Made by a program: the position numbers and the translations under genes. The notes under the pieces were generated by a model. It did no database searches and was not told the origin of the DNA. It saw only the letters and a program-made list of their open reading frames with translations. DNA of 64,000 bases from NCBI GenBank assembly GCA_030141605.1, contig JAQGDQ010002381.1, forward strand, positions 248,001 to 312,000, given 5' to 3'. Numbering within the stretch: position 1 is the stretch's first letter; the number at the start of each line of letters is the position of its first letter. Origin of the DNA: Tubiluchus corallicola. Taxonomy: Eukaryota; Animalia; Priapulida. Positions 1-11,195 of this stretch are shown one piece after another.

Positions 1-300
1 GCCTAGGAATACCAGGTGCTGTAGGCTTGCGGGATGCCCACACTGTATCTCGACACTAGGCAAGGAGCTGCACAAGCAGCCAAAGACTAGAGGGCGGAGG
101 AGGTCAAGTGACTCAATGGCCATGTGTAGAGGAGTAAACCTTCCAAATCAGGAGTGGAGCCCCGAAGGCGGACCAGTGTGCAGTGTGCTCACTGACTCCG
201 GCAGCTCCTGCAGCCAACTTGGTGCCAAACGTATCGCCCCGCTTTCCTTTGGACTACACCAGGGATGCCAGCAACTGTACTGTACCTGCATCCAGCAACA
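1..300 (+). mobile_element. Probable 5S rRNA-derived SINE (SINE3-type), 5' truncated by window edge
   Basis: 1..28 GCCTAGGAATACCAGGTGCTGTAGGCTT equals the 3' end of animal 5S rRNA with 2 substitutions versus the vertebrate sequence; no oligo-T terminator follows, instead a GC-rich body resembling RTE-LINE 5' sequences. Confidence 0.6.
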
Positions 301-833
301 TCTAACTGATAAGACATTCTGGCAAAAATAGTCAGAGCTTCAAAAACAAATCGCTAAGCAAGTGACTAAATGTTTAGCTTTCAAGAATTCTTGGGTAACC
401 AGGTTAATTGCAGTGGCCAGGCGGGTCAAAGCAAACCATTAGGCTAGCATATTAGCATATGATAAACGTTCCTGCTTATAAACAAAACGGTACTTAACAT
501 GATTGTTTCTTATGTATATTATAGGACAAAAGCGAACTAAGATGATATAAAAGTCATAAAAGCTTATTAATCATGGGAAAGTGTCTTATTGAATCATGTG
601 AAGCAAAAATATTGATTCAATTATGCAGAGTTATTTAAGTCAATTACCGACAGTATTTATGTACATTTCAATAGAAGTGGCCCGTACCAGGCGTTTTTGA
701 GTCAATTAATTGATTGAGTCTATTAACCGTGAGTCAATTAAGTGCACCTACTGTATCAATTTAATAACCCGCGCCTACAAAGTTATTAAAACAGAAAAGA
801 AATATTAGCAAACTAATCAACTAAGGTGTTTAC

Positions 834-1067
834 CGGACAAGTGCAATACATTCATTGCATGGAATAAAGTTACATCTCTAGAAGCAGCAGCCGCGCTCAT
901 GTGCAGACTCGGCTGTTTGACCGTACTAGAACAATCTAAAGCACGAGCAAATGTTCCCACTGACCGAGCAATGACCATAAACTGGTCAATTTGAATATCA
1001 GATAATGGATTCTCTGGCGTGTAAATAAGACTTTCCAGTTCAGACACAACACGATTGTCAGATTCAC
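834..1067 (-). CDS. MTA1: MTA coding exon 4 (ELM2)
   Basis: tttag|..[11 protein letters not shown]...[12 protein letters not shown]|gtaaac. Confidence 0.93.
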
Positions 1068-4000
1068 CTAAAAACAGACAAACACATTAGTACAGCAAGT
1101 CTTCACTTAACGACGCTAATGCACTCCAGCAAAATGTGACATTAAGCGAAACGTCGTTAAACGAAACCAAGACTTCCATGGAAAGTAATGTAAAAGAATT
1201 GAGATACGTTCCAGAAGCAAAAATCGATGCTGCTTAAATTGTATACATCAAATGTTTTATGAGTTTTATTCATATTTCTACTGATTAATTGCCAGAAACC
1301 ATCTATCTTTCTTACCAAAATCTAGCTAGACTGGATATGGGTCTATTGAAACCTGTATACAGACAGTTCACATTTAAACAATGCAAAGAGAAGGCCTAGC
1401 CCTGCATGAAGCCATCTTGAGGCAATTTCAGGAAGTATTAATCTGGTTGTTATAGCAACAAGTTGCACACAAAATTCCTTGGCATCAAGTTTAAACTCAG
1501 GTGTCTGGAGACTGGATCGGCAAATAGATCTTCATACAAGCGGCTAGAATTTAGTACGCAGATAGTTGGGAACCAAAAGCATTATAATAATTACACTGTT
1601 TGGGTTACTAATGTGCTTTTAGAACAAAATTATGCAATTTGCATGGCTTTTATACTCCAAATTAGGCAAAAAAAAGTTGTTGATAAAAAATGGTTGTCAG
1701 CAACTTAAAAAATCGTCTTTAAAACGAAACGTGTGTCGTTAAGTGAGAAAATGGTGTCAAATGTTCAGCGGTGTTAAAACGAAACGTTGTTAAACGGGGA
1801 GTCGTTAAGCAAGGACTTGCTGTAAATGAGAACTGAAAAGATATGGCTTCAGAATAACAAGAAAGCTCTGAGGGCATTGTGTTCCGTGCAGATTGATTTG
1901 TGACATTTTGTTGCTATTTTCTCCCTTTCAAGTGCAAAAAGGAAAAGCTGACTAAATCACTGCACACGAAGCCATATCATAGTGCGATATCACGAACATT
2001 TCAGTGTTTTCTGAACTTAATCATGCGCTGAGTTGTCTGTATTTTTCAGATTAATGCAAATATATGTCATGTAAGCGAAGATCTTGGATAATCTATGACT
2101 TCATGCACCATTTTAATTCCTTTCTTTTTGCATTCAGTTGTCTCTGAAGTTTATACACTTGTCAAAGGCTCACTAAAACAATCTAGTAGAAAAAGCCTTC
2201 TGACTGCTTTTTTGCACTTTTTTTCTGAACTTTTTTAGTAAAAAACAGATCTGGCAATTGATAAGCGCACAAAAGCAGATGAGTCAAAATATTTTAGAGT
2301 GAAGACAATGTTGCGAGGTGCAACAAACATAAAACATATTGCAATAAAACATCTCAGAAATGTGTTCAATACCGATATTACGATTCTTGTTTTTAGGCTG
2401 GTAAATTATAAGAAATATTTACATCAATTGCAAAACACACATTGCTTGAATGTAACAACTGAAAAGCTTATTCTCACAAAAAGTAATTTATGTAACATTA
2501 AATTACCTTCTCCAAGAAGGTTTTGTATCTCAGCTTGGAAGTTGCTCCCAACACGTATTTCTCCTTTATCAGCTAGCAAAGTTTTCTGCGTCGGATCATA
2601 GACTAATGAGTAGAAGAAAGCATCATCTCTGTCTAAGTAGCTGTTCAACGATTCAGTCTCATTTAGTAAGGCAACCGAGCATTTACCTCTGATATGTGTG
2701 GCAGGGAGTGTTTCAACCTAAATACAAAATAAATTGTGATAAGCACAGTTTAGATTGTTGTAACTTGAGCTTGTTAACGAAGTTATATTGAAGTTCATTT
2801 CTGAACAAATTCTGAAAGTAAGCAATTAATCAAGTTAAGCATTTTATCATTACTAGGGTTCAATCAAAAAATGCTTCTTAATAGTGTTTCCATGGGTACA
2901 ATGCACCCAAGTAATTCATCACATTGTTTACTACCAGTGCCTGATAGTTCTACCCAATTCACACAATGAAAATGCAAACGTTATTGTTAAGACGATATTG
3001 ATCATTTAAGAATTTAAAATATAAAGGCCACCTTCTGCTGCACACTTCTGCAGTAACAGACAATTAACTGCTGCCTTGGCAGTGCCCAAGGCTAACAGCC
3101 AGATGACAGATGACGCCACTTTTGACATAGAGGTGACTTACAAAAAACAATTCATTACGATGAGGCTAACTATCCAAATAAAACTATTTATTAAAGGAAA
3201 AGCTGATGATTGTTTAGACTCAATCTCATTTTAATTTACTGTCCAAAATATAAATTTTCTTGCCAATGAAAGTTAGCAATTGTCTCTTATATTTGAATAA
3301 TAAGCTTAGAAAGTTAATTAATGGCAACCAAACACAACTATTGCTTACGTCAGAAACTAATCACAGTTTGGGCAATGGCAGGTATCTTCCCTTGCGTGTC
3401 AAGCACATTTACAGTGTTATAGTACTGCGATGTCACGAAAATGGGCTCTATGTCATATGACGTCAGAAACTAACACTGCAGTTCATGATCATGGTTGTCA
3501 CGGTAACGCCTTCTATTTGGCGGTCACATGCATGTGACAAAAAGGCGCTGTTGCCAATCTTAGTAGATTCACTGAGCCGTGCATAGCTTTGAAAGTTTAA
3601 CAAAATTTGAGTATCCAAGGCAATTATTATTTAATCTCAGCTTTGATTTAAGAAAAGCTATTATAGTTTTCAATATTTTAGAGCACACTTTATTCTGAAC
3701 TAATGTTTACCCAATCGTCCGGTTTTCCTTTAACAATTAAAAACCTATTTCACATCACTAACAATGATATGAATACTCGGATTTTTTAGTTTAACAACAC
3801 ACAAAAAGGATAATATTGATTATTTCATTCCCCTAGCCTCTACAAGTATTAATAGACCTCAGCACAGTACCTAGGCTGACATATCTGACTCACTGATAAA
3901 AGCGTGTAATTAAGTAGTTCAGGAGTCTGACAGAATAAAACAGCCAAATATGGCATGAAGCAAAACATTAACTTTCGTGAGTTTCAGCTCACGAGTTGTC

Positions 4001-5170
4001 CCTCAGCATGCAATAAATGAATGCTTGTTGTTAATGTAACAGTGCAGTTAGTTGACATATACCAACGTTGCTTTTATTTTAATAATATAAATGACTTTAA
4101 TTTCTTCACTGCTGTTGTATCTTAACAATTGTGCACCCAGGTACCCGACAATAATAATAATAATAATAATAATAATAGTAATTTTATCTTCCTCCATAAA
4201 TATACAATGATTTGACAATAAAATACACAAAAATACAAACGAACATAGGAAAAAGGGTGGCGAAAAACCAAAGGTTATCGAGTCAACCACCCTTCTCAAA
4301 GGACAGTAAACAAAAGGATGCTAATGACACTAGACACAACTATATTAAAAAATACATAAACGTGCAGAAATACAAAAACAAAAATACAACAGCAAAAAAA
4401 ATCAAAAACCAAAAACCATGACAAATTTGCAAACTACTAAGCAACTCATAGAAAGTGAGTTTGCACCTTATAAAAAATGTTTTTTATAAGGTGTAAGGAA
4501 AATGGTATCGGTGTTAGATTTCTTCTGCACTTGTAAACACTACTTCCTAATATTACATTTTGATACTAAGACCTTACACAAAGTTAATTCCTGAGAAATT
4601 ATGAACAGATTCAGTAAAACTAAGTGGTTGGAACAAACCTGTAAACATGAAAACTGTGAAAGCATTAAAAATAGATAAAACTGTTTTGATAAAAATGCTA
4701 ATCTACTACTATAACACATCTTAACTGCATAAATAATAAATACACAGCTAAATAATAAAAAAATTGACAATTGCTTACCTGTCGGGAAAGAAAAAGTTCG
4801 CGATGCCGCAACTGATGGCTCTGTTTTTCAGACAGTTTATCATCATGCTCTTCTTCAAGAGCACTCTGATGTTTATCTGCCAGCATAAGCAGGCCTCCGG
4901 ATATGTCCCGACGTCGATAAAAGCACATAACTTTAGCTTCAACATTTCCTGCAAAAACAGGTTGAGTAGCCAGTATAGCAACAATAACTTGGGCATATTT
5001 TCTACGTGCTTATCAGTGTGCAAGGATACATGCAGGAAATATTTTAAAAAAGTGTTCTACTTGCCCGTTTGTGTTTTATTAAGTTCTTCTATTCTGCGAA
5101 TGAGGAATGGCGATGTTGAGGACGTCTCGAAGAAAACGTAATCGCCGACTCGATACATGTTTGCTGCCAT
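834..5170 (-). CDS. MTA1: Metastasis-associated protein (MTA1/2/3 family, NuRD subunit), 5' part; complement(join 834..1067, 2507..2717, 4779..4948, 5065..5170); continues past left edge
   Basis: Spliced translation [52 protein letters not shown]...[22 protein letters not shown]...[18 protein letters not shown]...[39 protein letters not shown] matches the MTA BAH+ELM2 region; intron phases 1,0,1,1 are consistent. Confidence 0.96.
1091..1824. mobile_element. Tc1/pogo(Tigger)-like MITE
   Basis: TA|CAGCAAGTCTTCACTTAACGAC ... GTCGTTAAGCAAGGACTTGCTG|TA: ~22-bp TIRs flanked by TA; related terminus at ~8908. Confidence 0.8.
2507..2717 (-). CDS. MTA1: MTA coding exon 3
   Basis: tttag|[15 protein letters not shown]...[18 protein letters not shown]|gtaatt. 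Confidence 0.95.
3191..3733. mobile_element. Non-autonomous DNA transposon, Kolobok-like (copy 1)
   Basis: TTAA|AGGAAAAGCTGATGATTG ... CAATCGTCCGGTTTTCCT|TTAA; colinear second copy at 62998..63560. Confidence 0.8.
4779..4948 (-). CDS. MTA1: MTA coding exon 2
   Basis: tttgcag|GA AAT GTT GAA GCT ... LFLSRQ|gtaagc. Confidence 0.95.
5065..5170 (-). CDS. MTA1: MTA coding exon 1 (start codon, BAH)
   Basis: ATG at 5170; [15 protein letters not shown]...NKTQT; ends at GC donor G|GCAAGT. Confidence 0.93.
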
Positions 5171-5955
5171 GTTGCTTGTTGTTCACGAGCTGCAATAACA
5201 TTCAACATAGGTGTAGTAGCAGCCTGAGTAATAGCCTAATATGTCGTTCGAGAAACCCAGTGAAATGATTTGCTTAACCTATAGTTGAATTTCATTTTGG
5301 GAAAGAAGACAAAGCTCAGCAAAGTAATCACTTATAATGCACTGATTTATAAAACTAAAATTTTCAAATTTTTCTTTTTCAATTTTATTTTAAAGTATTG
5401 CCTATATTATGACAGATCATAAGCTATTGCTGAACTGCACGTAATACATAGGAAAGATTTATGCAGAAGTGAAAAGCGGATACGAAGCAAACTTAAAACA
5501 GAAAATGATCAGTGAAGTGACATATAGCAGGCCAGCACGACCCATCATTGGTGCAAGTTCGATGAAAGCCAACGATGCTGAAGGACTCGTCTCCAGTAAT
5601 CTCACCGTTCATAGTCAGCTTTTATGTTCATGTAAATTATTTCATTTTAATGTGCGAATAAAAAATTGAATTGAATTGTACAATAGGAGTAGCTTAACCA
5701 ACGATGAATTACGGATGTGGAAAAGTTACAAGTGAGAACATTAATATTATAGACGCAAATTAAATGAAATTAAAATGCATAACAATATGGTTACCAGCGT
5801 GTAATTAAGTGTAGCTTTTCCTCTTACAAATAAGGAAAATGCAAATAAAATCGCAGTCTCACAAAAACTTTTTGTTAACACATTTCTTTATGAAAATTCT
5901 ATATTAAGAAACAAGAGAACATTCAAAAAAACTGTTCACTTATTGAAGCCGAAGC

Positions 5956-5984
5956 GCATTGTGGGAATTTGTTTACAAGATGGA
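5956..5984. promoter_or_regulatory. Putative bidirectional promoter motifs: ZNF143/Staf-like site and YY1-like site
   Basis: GCATTGTGGGAATT (reverse complement AATTCCCACAATGC) at 5956..5969; CAAGATGG at 5976..5983 overlapping the ATG; lies between divergent genes. Confidence 0.5.
5980..5984 (+). CDS. SRPBCC gene exon 1 coding part (ATG GA)
   Basis: caagATGGA|gtaagc; phase 2 matches the acceptor at 6294. Confidence 0.65.
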
Positions 5985-8477
5985 GTAAGCGGTTACTATG
6001 TTTTTATCTCATCTATCCTGTTATAGATTTTTATTTTATAGCAAATAAATTGCATGACAGTTTGTTACTTTTTACACGTTTTATTGTTGCATGACCGTCA
6101 GTTTGTTATGAGCAACATTTTAAGAGTAAACAGACTGATTCGAATACACTTACTATGACCTACAATACTGGTTTTGCTTTGGCTTGGAGTAGTACCGTAC
6201 AATCGTAGCAGCAGTAATACTGCAAGCGTAAAGCCCTGAGCTTGTGTGTGACACTAATAAGTATTTTATTTAATAATTGCACAACTTATTGTAGTTCAGT
6301 AGATGACTCTGGGTTAGGAGATCAGCTAAAAATTGTAAAGAATAATTGTCGTGGAAGCGCATGTGGTGATGCAGAGAATATCCACAAAACTGAAAACATG
6401 GTTGCTGTTGAGGAAAAAAATGATAACTGCGGAAAGCATTTCGAAAGCAAGAACAGTGAAGAGAAGAAAACCAGTGACATAAAAAGTCAACCAAAAGCAG
6501 AGAATATGAATGATGAAGAAGAGCATAAGAAGTCAAAAGTGGAACCAAAAGATTGTGAGGATACAAAATCAGACAACTTGAAAGAAGCCACTGAGAATGA
6601 CGAAGTACTATACGAAACGGCTGATGACAACGAAGTGCATTTGAAAAAATCATGGAAGGAGGGATACTTGTATGTAATTTGCAGCTAAATTTCAGATAAT
6701 GAAAATTTGTATACACCTTATATTTTATATAAACATTCACTTTCTTCATTTAGAAATTAGGGTTTTAATCAATATGCATATGTGGCTGCACTTTTTTTAA
6801 AGTCTACGTAGAACTCTGTCTTACCTTAACTTGAGTTGCCTGTGATATTCATTAACGTCCACAAATCAGTGAAGTCACTCCAGTACTTTTTTATTGTGGT
6901 ATCGAGTAACAGCACTTGTTTATTTTTACACACTACAAGAACTTCTGAACTAGTCAGTCCAGTTTGTACGGACCTGTCAGCCTCAAGATGCAGCAAATCT
7001 GGATATTTCTCAAAGGGTTAAAAAGCCTGTATGTTTCTTAAAAAAGCCCGGACTCTTTGTACTCCAGATTTTTTTGACATCCACTTGTTAAAAAAGTGAA
7101 GCTACCACATCATAGATTATATTTAAGATCAATAATAACTTGGCCATTCCAAAATTTTTGAATCATAATATCCTGTTCAAAAAAATTGACTGGGCACTGA
7201 TTGCAATAAAATGAGACAGTTTTTGGGTTCTTTTCATTGTGAAATGAGCTTATTTAAGTTATTACAGGCTGCTCAGATGTGGCGGCATTCTAAACTACTT
7301 TGTGAAAGAAAAATTTGGTATTTTTTAGTTTTAATTAGTATAGCTGGTGGCCAAATTCTGCATAATGTGTACTGCATTTTTCTTTATTTTTTGATAATAG
7401 GTATTATATTAATTGTTTCAATGCAGCAGAGAAATTAGCTAAAACTTCATAGCGTAGTGCTGTGTATTTTGTTTAGCATGGACCAGTTTTCGCAAATTTT
7501 AATTTTTGCCTGTCAATTATCATTAAAAACAAAACTTAGTGGAATTTGCAGGGCTTGAAAAGATCTACAAAATGGTATAAAGTTTGTATGTTTAGCGCAT
7601 TTTCAAAAAAAGTACAGTCAAAGAGTGGACATTTTTGCATAGTTACTAATGCCATATTTAATCAAGGTTGGTTTCACTACATTATGTGAAAAATTTGTGA
7701 CTATTTTATAAACTGCAGCTCTAGACTCCTATGTAGAGCTTTTTGTATACTTGACGAGAACTTTCGACCAAGTAAACAACTGATACCTTTTCAGAAAAAT
7801 GCCAAGTTGGAAGTTTGTTGTTCCCAGCTGTATTATTGTTGCTGTCATGGCCGTCCTCGCACAAATCGAGTTTCCAACACAACTAATCCTGCTGGAAAAA
7901 ACAGTAGCACTACCTGCAACTATTGATGAGGTATTTAACATGGTTTCCGATCTTGAAAAGTTGCCTGAGGTTTGTATCAATCTGTTAACTTTGTCAATCT
8001 GAAATAAACGTTTATTAATCGTAAAGGAGTTAATCAATTTACAAACATTACATTGCTTTATCTTGTATATGCCAAGCTGTTTGTTTTTGTGAACTCTCTT
8101 TCTAATGTCATGGTCTAGTTTTTATAAAAGGTTTAAGGTTTACATTAATGCTCTTGATAATAAAAAGCTCTATGAAACTACTTATACTGGTAGCATAGTT
8201 CTAATGGAATATCATAGACTTTAAGGATTATCATAGACTCACTGATTGTTTGTTTAAAAGCTACTGTAATGCTTGTATCACGCAAGACTCTTGCATTATT
8301 TGAGTGTAACATTTACAATAACACCTGCGTCATGTTGAATATTTTATTCTTCCGGTGGCTGCCACATTTACGACCTTACAGATTTTTTGTGGCAGTCTCC
8401 TTGACATGTCGTTACATTGTATACGTAATATTTTACATCGAATATTGTAAAAATAAATTGTCTACTATTACTACTAT

Positions 8478-8564
<87 letters not shown>

Positions 8565-10507
8565 CACTACCACTACCACTACCACTACCACTACTACTAA
8601 TGTGATGTAGAATTACTTATATAACCACTTTCCAAGAAACTGACAGTTTAATGTGCTATATTTCTATTTTAGTGGATGCCTGAAGCTGGAATGGTAATAG
8701 CGCAAGATAGCCTACCCATAGGCAAAGAAAAAACGTATAGTATCATTACTTCGGCACCAATCGGACGTACGTTGTGATTGTTTGCATTAAATTTTCATGG
8801 GTCACTTGACCACTTTTTAGTTTATTTTCATATATTCACTAATAGTAGTTACATAACTCTTTTCAGCAAGGTGTTAAAATTTAGTATGACATTTTCTCAT
8901 TGAAATATAGCAAGTCCTCACTTAACATCAGGAATTGATTTAGTAAAGTATATAGTATCAACAAAATTGTTGTCAAGTGAAGCCATACTGTCAGGGGAAT
9001 TAGTATTAATACATGGAAGATTGGATGTGTATAAGTCTTGATAGTTTGTGAGCTTCATTACTTACATTTACACAGACTATTTCTGGAATACTAATTGCAG
9101 TAACTGGCGATTACCCCATTTGAATAAAATTTGGGTTATTTTGTGGCAGTTTCTTGTAGCGCAGTGTAATAAATTATTGACTTGAATTTCAAGAATAGTT
9201 TATAATTTAGGTATTACTGTTGTAGATTCCTTTGTTGTGCACTGTTCACTTATGATGTTTTATCTTTTCCTCAGCCTAAAATGCAAACAAGATGACTGTA
9301 GCCTATACATATACCCTAAAAGGCAATGCCTTCTTTATGCGACAGTTTCATCATGCATCATCATATCATTTGTAAGAGGGGGGGGAAGCATCCGCCGCCC
9401 TCCCAGAAGAGAACTCCCAAGTACAGAACATTTGTAGTTCCTAGTCACATGAAAAACCAAATTAGGTGCACTCTGCAAGCAGCTAGATTTTAACTGTGTT
9501 CCCCTGCATGATTTTGCATTTTAGCTGATTGAGTTTGCCAAAAGTATCTTGGCACTCTAAGTAACAAAGCTGGCAGCCAAGTGTGTTGCGTGAATCAGCA
9601 ACCAACAGTTCGCATGCTTAAACAGTATTTCTGTTATTAGAACATCAAAACCTAAGATGATAATTTTAATCCCTAGATGTTTCTTTGTAAGTGTAAATAT
9701 GTGCTGTGCCTCGAGTTCTTTTCTAAGTAGTGTGAAATGGGAATTACTTGCTATTCAAACTGAGGATTTTCCTTTGTTAAAACCAAATTACAACCATCGA
9801 ATTTTCAAGAACTTGAGTCTGAAATTATTAACTATATGTTTTTTTAATGCAGCTGGTTTTCGTTCCTATGCAAAAATCAGAAAGTTTAAAGCACTTGAGC
9901 ATATCGAGTACGTTATAGAGTCACTGATTTTTCCTCGTCGAATCACTTTTGATTTCAACACTGAAAAAGATTCAACCCTTAAAAGAAACCTGACCCGATT
10001 AACAGTAAAGATGGATGTCGGAAAGATGAGCTATCTTTATCGGGTGAGTGTACGCATTGATGGTACATGTTAGTAGTTTTCCTTTCGTCTCCTAGAATTA
10101 TATTTTTTTATGTTTTAATGCAGTTGCCACTCTACAAGCCAAGATCCTGGACTCACCTGCTGTGCTGATGGTTGTGGCTGGACTGAAACATAGCTCATTG
10201 TCTAGGATAATCTTCTGATGTGAGACACTAAAGTGGCAAATGTATCTTTTCTCAGATTCACCTACAATCTTCTTTAAACTGCCAGCATTCTAAAGACTGA
10301 TGACAATGTGGCAAGTTAAACTTCCCAGAAGCTGTATTCTAGTGATCACCCAGCCATTTGCTAACCAGGTCTAGCAGTACTTACCTTGCAATCGTTGTAT
10401 TAATTTTGCAACTTTTTTTATAGTACACTATTCATCCCTGCCTGTCATTTGTTGCTGGTAATTCAGTGCGTAATGGATTATTCCGATTACTGTGGACATT
10501 TCAATGA
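5980..10507 (+). CDS. Uncharacterised 307-aa SRPBCC/START-like (polyketide cyclase-like) membrane protein; join 5980..5984, 6295..6669, 7795..7969, 8673..8766, 9853..10043, 10424..10507
   Basis: All five introns are GT-AG with matching phases (2,2,0,1,0), giving an uninterrupted 924-nt ORF; the motif TVALPATIDEVFNMVSDLEKLPEWMP is typical of the SRPBCC N-terminus; hydrophobic FVVPSCIIVAVMAVLA precedes it. Confidence 0.82.
6295..6669 (+). CDS. SRPBCC gene exon 2 (acidic, low complexity)
   Basis: ttgtag|T TCA GTA GAT ... EGY TT|gtatgt; E/K/D-rich. Confidence 0.8.
7795..7969 (+). CDS. SRPBCC gene exon 3 (TM-like helix and domain start)
   Basis: tttcag|A AAA ATG CCA ... LEKLPE|gtttgt. Confidence 0.85.
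8463..8598. repeat. (ACT)n/(ACC) microsatellite
   Basis: Direct reading; source of the poly-Thr ORF 8269..8610. Confidence 0.95.
8673..8766 (+). CDS. SRPBCC gene exon 4
   Basis: ttttag|WMPEAGMVIAQDSLPIGKEKTYSIITSAPIG C|gtacgt. Confidence 0.82.
9853..10043 (+). CDS. SRPBCC gene exon 5
   Basis: tgcag|CT GFRSYAKIRKF...KMSYLYR|gtgagt. Confidence 0.85.
10424..10507 (+). CDS. SRPBCC gene exon 6 (terminal)
   Basis: tttttatag|YTIHPCLSFVAGNSVRNGLFRLLWTFQ TGA. Confidence 0.75.
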   Translation, partial: YTIHPCLSFVAGNSVRNGLFRLLWTFQ

Positions 10508-10822
10508 CAACTGGAGGACGGGGAAGGTGGAGACTATGTGCAAGAAGACATCTTTCTTGCTCAAAAGCAATAGACGTGCTGCATTGAATCATTGTTATAA
10601 TACAAAATCCAGTATCATGGTTTTCAAGTGACTTCTCACAATATTTCAAAACAAGAATTGTTTGCTTTATCCAAATTTTTATCAGATTGGAAATATAGGC
10701 AGCTTAAATGGGCAGAGCTTTAAGAAATCTGATAAAGTGCAGTACAACACGAAAATATGAACTGCTTATAACCGCTCAACTGCAAAATAACGCAGTTCTT
10801 TGAGATTACATCTCCACTGATG

Positions 10823-11195
10823 CAGAACTGGGATGATTCACTTAACCGGTTAATTTTTTATCGGTTAACCGATTAATCGGATCTAGGCAAAATCGGAGAC
10901 CTTCTATAATTTGCTGACTGGATCAGTGGATAATCAAATAAACAAGAAATTTACAATGCAAACATATATCAGGAATATGTTCAAATAAGAGTGAAACTTT
11001 TATACATAGGAAGTGAAAAGTGTGTTTGTAAGGATGCCAAGCATTGTTTAACTAAGTGCAACACTTTCCTACATAGAAATGAAAAGTCTCTACAGTAAGG
11101 ATGTGGTTAAGGTTCAAATTATTTATCATTTATATATAAAGATCGGTCAACCGGTTAAAAAAATTTACCGATTAATTTCCATTAACCCAGCACTG
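10823..11195. mobile_element. hAT-type MITE with 8-bp TSD
   Basis: TSD CACTGATG at 10815..10822 and 11196..11203; termini CAGAACTGGG / CCCAGCACTG; subterminal inverted AACCGGTTAA/ACCGATTAAT motifs. Confidence 0.85.

Noticed and set aside
1-28. Functional 5S rRNA gene
   Set aside because: Only 28 nt are visible and there is no oligo-T Pol III terminator after the 3' end; a SINE head or pseudogene is more likely.
8269-8610. Poly-Thr (mucin-like) ORF
   Set aside because: Produced by an intronic (ACT)n microsatellite; the gene splices in frame around it.
10575-10635. SECIS element making the TGA at 10505 a selenocysteine
   Set aside because: A weak stem with an A-rich loop exists, but I see no properly placed AUGA/GA quartet.
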